DNA of 64,000 bases. It comes from an uncultured Candidatus Saccharibacteria bacterium. Lineage in GTDB: Bacteria; Patescibacteriota; Minisyncoccia; Phycocordibacterales; DATDWN01. Shown one piece after another: positions 54,570 through 64,000 of this stretch. The position numbers and the translations under genes are program-made. The notes under the pieces were generated by a model. The model was not told where the DNA came from. It worked only from the letters and a program-made list of their open reading frames with translations, and made no database searches. The stretch lies in the NCBI GenBank assembly GCA_964616425.1, contig CAZTQY010000003.1, positions 47,402 to 111,401 on the forward strand, read 5' to 3'. The number at the start of each line of letters is the position of its first letter. Position 1 is the stretch's first letter.

Positions 54570-55157
54570 TTGCAAACTATCTCAAATTTCATAAAAGAAT
54601 ATCAAAAGACAATACTCTGGGGTATTTTGATTTTTGTCGCAACTGGAGCCATTGAGTATTTTTCTGGTAGATCAGTTTTTGGTCCTGATGGAATGTTTGG
54701 ATGGTGGGAGGGGGGTATTTGGAGTTCAGAAAACTCTCAACGTGTAGCAGATGTTTACACTTTTTCTCACATTATTCACGGGATGTTGTTTTACGCGTTT
54801 CTATGGTTGGTTGCTCGCAAGGTTCCAGCAAAATACAGATTTGTTTTTGCTTTGGGTATCGAGGCTGGCTGGGAACTACTAGAAAACTCGCCGATTATTA
54901 TCGACAGATACAGAGCTGTAACTGTTTCTCTGGGTTATGTTGGTGATAGTATTTTAAATTCTCTTTCAGATATTATGTTTGCGGGGTTGGGATTCTTTAT
55001 TGCAAAGTATTCAAAGTTTTGGATTTCAGTTTTGCTTATTGTCGTTATGGAACTCGGAGCTTTGTATTTTGTCAGAGACAACTTAACTTTAAATATTTTA
55101 ATGCTTGTTTACCCGGTTAAGTTTATTCAAGTTTGGCAATCAGCTGGACACGTATAA
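54570..55157 (+). CDS. Polytopic membrane protein (195 aa)
   Basis: At least 5 TM helices and an IEAGWELLENSP motif. Confidence 0.5.
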   Translation: MQTISNFIKEYQKTILWGILIFVATGAIEYFSGRSVFGPDGMFGWWEGGIWSSENSQRVADVYTFSHIIHGMLFYAFLWLVARKVPAKYRFVFALGIEAGWELLENSPIIIDRYRAVTVSLGYVGDSILNSLSDIMFAGLGFFIAKYSKFWISVLLIVVMELGALYFVRDNLTLNILMLVYPVKFIQVWQSAGHV

Positions 55158-55164
55158 AACGAGT

Positions 55165-55199
55165 TGGCCACCCACGCATGTTGCGGGGTGGCCAGATTT
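55165..55199. terminator. Bidirectional hairpin
   Basis: ggccaccc acgcatgttgcg gggtggcc. Confidence 0.4.
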
Positions 55200-55421
55200 C
55201 TAGAGGGCTATGCCTTGATGTTCCATGGACCACAATAGCAGTCCAATCAACAAGAAGAGCACGATGATGCCGAGTGTGAACGCCCGAGGATGTTTCTCGT
55301 ATAGCTGAGCGAGCTCATCCTCGATTTCTTTGTTTGTTGCGTAAGTGCCCCGGTATTCCAGATTCATGGAGCGCTCGACGTCGGTGGTTAGAGCCTCTGG
55401 GTCGGAGATCTCTTGGGTCAT
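55200..55421 (-). CDS. High-GC cassette N gene 1: 73-aa protein with C-terminal TM helix (start at the internal ATG that has the SD)
   Basis: SD gaggaggg 4 nt upstream of ATG at 55421. C-terminal LGIIVLFLLIGLLLW. Confidence 0.45.
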   Translation of the reverse strand: MTQEISDPEALTTDVERSMNLEYRGTYATNKEIEDELAQLYEKHPRAFTLGIIVLFLLIGLLLWSMEHQGIAL

Positions 55422-55454
55422 GCACCCTCCTCTCAAAATAGCATACAGAAGTGT

Positions 55455-55505
55455 AGAATTTTTTCAAATAAGGAAAGGGCCGTCACCTTTGTAAGATGAC
55501 GGCCT
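55455..55505 (-). terminator. Minus-strand terminator for the small ORF 55549-55719
   Basis: ggccgtca..tgacggcc followed on the minus strand by ctttccttatttg. Confidence 0.5.
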
Positions 55506-55548
55506 TGTATTGCGGATTGTGTGGTGGGGGGGTCTTGCGGGGAACTTG

Positions 55549-55719
55549 CTACTTCTGTACTTCTCGTACGACGTAGCCCGTTTCTGGGCTCCATGCGCGG
55601 ACGACGACCTTGGATTCGGGCTGGTCCTGTTTTTCCTCGACCAACTTGACCTCGTCGAGGGCCAGGAAGTGACGGGGAACCACGTGCCCGACGGAACGGC
55701 GACTCCTTAGTGACGGCAT
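55549..55719 (-). CDS. High-GC cassette N gene 2: 56-aa protein (not in the supplied ORF track; below its length cut-off)
   Basis: SD aggaga 6 nt upstream of ATG at 55719, followed by a terminator. MPSLRSRRSVGHVVPRHFLALDEVKLVEEKQDQPESKVVVRAWSPETGYVVREVQK. Confidence 0.35.
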   Translation of the reverse strand: MPSLRSRRSVGHVVPRHFLALDEVKLVEEKQDQPESKVVVRAWSPETGYVVREVQK

Positions 55720-55866
55720 ATTTGTCTCCTACATAAATAGTAGCACAGTATGGTATATATGTCAAGTATATTTAAATATCAATATTTTAACGTATTTTTG
55801 AATAAAAAATTTAGGAAATAAGTTTTGTGATATAATTTCTTCATTAAAATTTAATTTTTTAAAAAA

Positions 55867-56220
55867 ATGGAAGGAAATAATCAAAATCGATGTGATGTTT
55901 GTGGATCAGGATATGGTCATTGTGGTAAGTGTGGAAACATGTGCGGTTTCGGCGGACGACATATGCTTCGATGGATTTTGGGAATCATTATTATTACTTG
56001 GATTTTTTGTATTGGTATGAAAGTTGGTGAACTAAAAGCGAGTTTGGATCAGTCTTACTTTGGATATGGCCATTCTCGAGTTATGCCAATGATGTATGGT
56101 GCACAAGGCGCTACATGGTCAGGTGATCAAGGAAATGTAATGTTCACTACATCTTCAGCTCCAGCGAGTATGATGACTGGTGTGAAGAGTGGGACTATAC
56201 AAGTTATAAAATCTAACTAG
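55867..56220 (+). CDS. Hypothetical membrane protein with Cys-rich N-terminus
   Basis: CDVCGSGYGHCGKCGNMCGFGG followed by a TM helix. Confidence 0.45.
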   Translation: MEGNNQNRCDVCGSGYGHCGKCGNMCGFGGRHMLRWILGIIIITWIFCIGMKVGELKASLDQSYFGYGHSRVMPMMYGAQGATWSGDQGNVMFTTSSAPASMMTGVKSGTIQVIKSN

Positions 56221-56361
56221 GAAAACAAATAAAATGGCATCATCTGCGGTGTTGCAGTTCAAATTTTTTCGTTCACCATACGCAAAGTATGGCTCACTCT
56301 AAAATTTTCCTGCGCCTAGCATCTGAAACCATTTAATTAGTTTTTAAAAAACAAATAAAAT

Positions 56362-56760
56362 ATGAAAAACAGAGTCGTCCATTTTGAAATATATGCAGAT
56401 GACGTAGAACGTGCAAAGAAATTCTATGCTGATGTTTTTGGTTGGGAATTTACTGATTGGTCTGGTGTTACTGGCACTCCATACTGGGGAGTTATGACTG
56501 CTCCAATGGGAAGTGCTGAACCTGGAATAAACGGTGGACTAATGAAAAGACGAGGACCACAAGTTTCTCCAGATATTGCTGTTATAGGATATGTCTGCAC
56601 AGTTCAAGTAGAAAATATCGATGAAATAATATCAAAAGTTGAGAACGCTGGCGGTGTTGTATCGATGCCAAAATATGCTTTGGGAGATATGGCTGTGCAG
56701 GCATACTACAAAGATACTGAAGGAAATGTTTTCGGGATTCATCAGGTGATAAAGAAATAA
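56362..56760 (+). CDS. VOC-family (glyoxalase/bleomycin-resistance-like) protein
   Basis: VHFEIYADD..FGWEF..GINGGLM..GNVFGIH motifs. Confidence 0.8.
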   Translation: MKNRVVHFEIYADDVERAKKFYADVFGWEFTDWSGVTGTPYWGVMTAPMGSAEPGINGGLMKRRGPQVSPDIAVIGYVCTVQVENIDEIISKVENAGGVVSMPKYALGDMAVQAYYKDTEGNVFGIHQVIKK

Positions 56761-56806
56761 TTGCAAATAGTTTTTTCTTGTATAGAATAAAAAATAGAGG
56801 TGGCCG

Positions 56807-57310
56807 ATGAAGCCGTTCGCTGAGTTGTTGGGGTCTAACAAGGAAAACACCTTCAACTTTTTTCTTTACGGACTGGGTGAGGTAACCGGCAGAAAGAGTG
56901 AGAGTGATCGTGAACTGATGTATGTTACAAGTATTCTGGCACACTTTGCCGGAACACCTTGCTCCTCGAAATACAGGCCGTTTGTTACGCCCACAGATTT
57001 TCGTGTAGTGGTCGATAACTTCGTACTTGGGAGCATTGCGTTTTATGACTCCCATTGTCTTGCAGACGGAGGGGCCAAGACCCTGTTTTTGGCCGGGTTC
57101 TTCCGTAGTCAGATGGCGGGTAGGCATAACGTAAACTGGTGTGACAGTGTTGGCTCGAGTTTGTTCAGACGCGCCGCATCAGTATCCTCAAGTAGGAGAG
57201 AAGCTATCCTGTTTGAAGGTCTCTCACACAGTTTCACCTACTGGACTTTCGTTTGTTCAGAGTTGCAAAAGCATCTACACGAAAGCAGGCTTATGATCAA
57301 AAGTTTGTAA
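56807..57310 (+). CDS. High-GC cassette O: hypothetical 167-aa protein
   Basis: SD agaggtgg, GC about 52%, and a terminator. Confidence 0.45.
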   Translation: MKPFAELLGSNKENTFNFFLYGLGEVTGRKSESDRELMYVTSILAHFAGTPCSSKYRPFVTPTDFRVVVDNFVLGSIAFYDSHCLADGGAKTLFLAGFFRSQMAGRHNVNWCDSVGSSLFRRAASVSSSRREAILFEGLSHSFTYWTFVCSELQKHLHESRLMIKSL

Positions 57311-57321
57311 ATCGTGATTGG

Positions 57322-57358
57322 AAAGGGGCTGGGTATTCGTACCCATGCCCCTTTGTCG
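57322..57358 (+). terminator. Terminator of cassette O
   Basis: aggggctgggtattcgtacccatgcccct followed by ttgtcg. Confidence 0.55.
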
Positions 57359-57388
57359 TAGTTATCCACATATTCTTTATTAACAATG

Positions 57389-57418
57389 TTGACCAGTGAA
57401 CCCTAGTTCACTTATAAT
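57389..57418 (+). promoter_or_regulatory. lexA operon promoter with embedded LexA box (GAAC-N4-GTTC)
   Basis: TTGACC a GTGAACcctaGTTCAC t TATAAT. Confidence 0.55.
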
Positions 57419-57469
57419 AAAAACATAACAAATTACCAGGGTTTAGATTATAAGTTTAACTATCAAAAT

Positions 57470-57661
57470 ATGAGTAAACAAAATTTTGAAAAATCATTGA
57501 AAAAAGAGTTGAGGGTCATAAATGAAATTATAGATATGAAAATTATCCGTGGTCTGTCATATGCTAACGAAGCAAAGAGACATAAGTTTATTCTTTCTAG
57601 TCTTGCAAATATAAAGAGAGCAAATTCTAACTGGATGGTGAGGACATTTAATTTTGCCTAA
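57470..57661 (+). CDS. Small hypothetical protein (63 aa) overlapping the lexA start by 8 nt
   Basis: Co-oriented with lexA and lies downstream of the LexA-box promoter. Confidence 0.4.
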   Translation: MSKQNFEKSLKKELRVINEIIDMKIIRGLSYANEAKRHKFILSSLANIKRANSNWMVRTFNFA

Positions 57662-58241
57662 AATGAGTAACGAAAAATATTCAACATATAGAGACCGTAT
57701 ACTTTCTTTTTATCGAAAGAACCGACGTATGCCTGGGTATAAAGAGATAATGACTCTGGTTGGTTTCAAATCAAAAAATGCAGTCTATAAACTTATCAAC
57801 AAACTAGTTGATGATGGTATTGTAGACAAAGACTCTGAAGGGCATTTAACTCCTATGAAAATTTTTGGCGAAGTTCCACTGCTTGGACTTGTTGAAGCCG
57901 GAATACCAACAACTGTGGACCAAGGTACTGACACACTGAGTTTGGAGGAATATCTGATAGGTGGTAAAAAAAGCTCCGTTTACTTGCTCGAGGTAAAAGG
58001 AGACTCCATGATTGACGAAGGAATACACGAAGGTGACTTGGTTTTGGTTGAGCGTCGTGGGGATCCAAAAGATGGAGATATAGTTATCGCTGAAGTAGAT
58101 GGTGGTTGGACAATGAAATATTTTAAAAAGAAAGGAAGTATCGTGTACCTCAAAGCCGCTAACAAAAACTATTCACCAATATATCCTCAGTATGATTTGA
58201 AAGTGGCAGCTATAGTAAAGGGTGTTATTCGTAAGTACTAA
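57654..58241 (+). CDS. lexA: LexA repressor (S24 peptidase)
   Basis: N-terminal winged HTH, GDSM catalytic Ser, and a downstream Lys. Confidence 0.9.
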   Translation: MPKMSNEKYSTYRDRILSFYRKNRRMPGYKEIMTLVGFKSKNAVYKLINKLVDDGIVDKDSEGHLTPMKIFGEVPLLGLVEAGIPTTVDQGTDTLSLEEYLIGGKKSSVYLLEVKGDSMIDEGIHEGDLVLVERRGDPKDGDIVIAEVDGGWTMKYFKKKGSIVYLKAANKNYSPIYPQYDLKVAAIVKGVIRKY

Positions 58242-58276
58242 ATTTCTGGTCTTTTTGCCCGATTTCTACGTTGCTA

Positions 58277-58330
58277 GTTTTGTTTGTTTCCGCAGAGTAC
58301 TAAATGTACACTTTGGTCACAAACAAAACG
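58277..58330 (+). repeat. Hairpin family beta copy 2
   Basis: gttttgtttgtttc [cgcagagtactaaatgtacactttggtca] caaacaaaac. Core about 80% identical to 9350-9381, stems unrelated but complementary. Confidence 0.4.
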
Positions 58331-58391
58331 TCGCGCCTTGAACTCAAACAAAAATCCTCAGAAATTACAATCATGAATATTTTTAATTTAT

Positions 58392-58679
58392 ATGAAAGTT
58401 CTTAAGTTCAAGTCTCAGGTTTGGAGATGGCCAGGGGATATGGGCTGGCATTTTGTTACTTTACCAAAAAAGCTTTCCGAAGAGATAAAAGAGGTTGGCA
58501 AAATCTATGGCGCTGGATTTATAAAGGTAAAAGCTACTGTTGGAGATAGTGTCTGGGTTACAGCACTTTTCCCCCATAAGATGTCAAAAGCATATTTACT
58601 CTCAATAAAGCAAAATATACGAAAAAAGGAAGGAATCTGGGAAGGTGATATAATACAAGCATCATTAACCCTAGAATAA
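58392..58679 (+). CDS. DUF1905-like small protein
   Basis: WRWPGDMGWHFVTLP pattern. Confidence 0.5.
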   Translation: MKVLKFKSQVWRWPGDMGWHFVTLPKKLSEEIKEVGKIYGAGFIKVKATVGDSVWVTALFPHKMSKAYLLSIKQNIRKKEGIWEGDIIQASLTLE

Positions 58680-58680
58680 A

Positions 58681-58932
58681 ATGAGAATCTTTGTAAAAGT
58701 TAAAGCGGGTAGTAAACAAAACAAAATAGAAGAACCTCCACAGAGACTTTTGCAAGCGGATGAACGCCTGGACGACTACTACACGGTTTATGTTAAAGAG
58801 CCTCCAGTTGAAGGAAAAGCAAATGATGCAGTTATCAGAGTGATAGCTGAACATTTTGATCTCCCTAGATCTCATGTAACTTTGATATCTGGTGCTGTAT
58901 CAAAAATAAAAGTTTTTGAAATATTGAGATGA
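58681..58932 (+). CDS. DUF167/YggU-family protein
   Basis: ..GKANDAVIRVIAEHFDLPRSHVTLISGAVSKIKVF. Confidence 0.7.
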   Translation: MRIFVKVKAGSKQNKIEEPPQRLLQADERLDDYYTVYVKEPPVEGKANDAVIRVIAEHFDLPRSHVTLISGAVSKIKVFEILR

Positions 58933-59198
58933 TAGTAAATAAATCTTTTTCAGATAAAGTTCGTGATGTAGTTAAAAAAATACCTAAAGGCAAGGTCCTA
59001 ACCTATAAAGAAGTCGCGAGAAAGGCCGGAAATGAGAAAGCCAGTCGAGCAGTGGGAAGTATTATGAAGAAAAACTACGATAACACTATTCCTTGTCACA
59101 GGGTTATACGTTCCGATGGCACTGCTGGTGAATATAACAGAGGAGGCTCAAAGAAGAAGCTAATGATCTTAAAAAGTGAAGGTGTTTTGTTAAGTTAA
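58929..59198 (+). CDS. Methylated-DNA-protein-cysteine methyltransferase DNA-binding-domain protein (MGMT family)
   Basis: PCHRVI motif. Start overlaps the upstream stop (ATGA). Confidence 0.75.
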   Translation: MIVNKSFSDKVRDVVKKIPKGKVLTYKEVARKAGNEKASRAVGSIMKKNYDNTIPCHRVIRSDGTAGEYNRGGSKKKLMILKSEGVLLS

Positions 59199-59244
59199 TC
59201 TTTAGATAGTATAATTTGTTCTATTATAAGATTATCCCAAAATT

Positions 59245-59799
59245 ATGAGTAAACAATTGATTGGTGTGTTTGTGGCTATTGTGGTGGTTGGAGGTGGTTT
59301 ATTTATTTATTCAAATTCAAATAAAGCAGAAAACAACACAGTTGATAATGCCATGATGGAGGATGGCAGTACCGTATCTACAGAAACAAAAAGTTCAGAT
59401 GGTAAAAAGATGGCTTTTGAATCATTTATTAAAAATGGTGGTTCATATGTCTGTACTGTAAATCAATATGTTCAAAATATCGAAAGTAAGGGAACAGTCT
59501 ATATTGACGGTAGTAAAATTAGTGGAGAATTTAAAACATCTGTTCAGGGTATGAATATTGGAACTTCATTTATATCAAAAGATGGATATTCATATACTTG
59601 GTCATCAGTAATGCCAAATACTGGATACAAAGTTGCAGTTACTTCTAGTACTAATGCTAGTGATAGTAGTACTGGAACTTCTGGAACATATGGATTTAAT
59701 GCACAAGATATCGGAGATTATGATTGTCAGGCTTGGACCCCAGATGCTTCAAAGTTCGATTTGCCTTCATCTGTTAAATTTACGGAGATAAAGAGGTAG
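59245..59799 (+). CDS. Hypothetical secreted/membrane-anchored protein
   Basis: N-terminal TM segment. No recognisable domain. Confidence 0.45.
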   Translation: MSKQLIGVFVAIVVVGGGLFIYSNSNKAENNTVDNAMMEDGSTVSTETKSSDGKKMAFESFIKNGGSYVCTVNQYVQNIESKGTVYIDGSKISGEFKTSVQGMNIGTSFISKDGYSYTWSSVMPNTGYKVAVTSSTNASDSSTGTSGTYGFNAQDIGDYDCQAWTPDASKFDLPSSVKFTEIKR

Positions 59800-60162
59800 A
59801 GAGGTAAAATATAATAAAAGCCTACTTAGGCTGTATTAAATATTAAGGGAGTTTGACCATAAAAAGTGTTGTCAAATATGATGTTAATAGTAAGTGGATA
59901 ACTTTGTTGACTTTATTGTTGACAAAATATACCTACTTGACGTATACTCCTATTTAACTTCACACGATTGAGTTTTGGCAGATGGAGTGAGGATTACAAA
60001 GCTTATTGGTTCTCTACTACTTTCTTGGGTTTCAATCGCTAACAAAAAAATAAACAAAAAATAAACCACATAGGGGGTGGGGTATTTTTTGTTCGTTTTT
60101 TCATTTCCAAGGGGTGGGTGTTTTTTCGGGTTTTATTATTAGAAAAATACAACACTATATAT

Positions 60163-64000
<3,838 letters not shown>

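Noticed and set aside
55433-55765. ORFs 55433-55765(-) and 55510-55710(+) in cassette N
   Set aside because: Arg/Pro/Gly-rich translations typical of out-of-frame high-GC DNA. A shorter minus-strand frame (55549-55719) has the SD and terminator.
5340-57360. Integron gene-cassette array hypothesis for the high-GC cassettes
   Set aside because: The cassettes are dispersed singly across more than 50 kb between housekeeping genes rather than arrayed. Each has its own promoter, and no intI integrase or attI is present. Elements gamma A and B are not typical attC sites: no clear R-double-prime/R-prime core pairs.

Overview
This window reads as a low-GC (about 35-40%), gene-dense bacterial chromosome segment with a reduced, Patescibacteria/CPR-like flavour. 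Features consistent with that are a split transketolase, a threonyl-tRNA synthetase without its N-terminal domains, a short SMC and a giant secreted surface protein. The housekeeping backbone is clear: partial cyclophilin, RRM protein, nrdAB, gap, rpiB, rpe, tkt(N)/tkt(C), pfkB-family kinase, fba, rplY, rpmE, prfA, rpsB-tsf, tRNA-Thr(UGU), pheS, gyrB, thrS, dnaE, rnhB, rpmF, a nusB-Nudix fusion, rnc, smc, rnr, rpsP, a KH protein, trmD, a Pif1-type helicase, TspO, CapA, lexA, rpoB and the start of rpoC. The most striking signal is compositional. At least 16 short islands of about 50-58% GC sit in intergenic gaps. Each is a self-contained cassette with an AT-rich promoter, a strong GGAGG-type Shine-Dalgarno site, one or two small ORFs and a GC-rich hairpin terminator. 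The cassette genes include a sigma-70-family factor, an HTH protein, a Nudix hydrolase, Cys-rich and single-TM peptides, and several proteins I cannot classify. A second layer of signal is non-coding. I see (i) two copies of a roughly 120-nt element with compensatory stem changes, each 3-prime of a high-GC cassette; (ii) a hairpin family with a conserved 29-nt core and covarying stems; (iii) at least two MITE-like elements with terminal inverted repeats; (iv) a duplicated terminator; (v) a duplicated terminator-plus-hairpin module. Two promoters carry a GAAC-N4-GTTC LexA box embedded between -35 and -10, one upstream of a small-ORF/lexA operon and one upstream of an HNH endonuclease next to the tRNA. 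All coordinates were counted by hand and may be off by a few bases.
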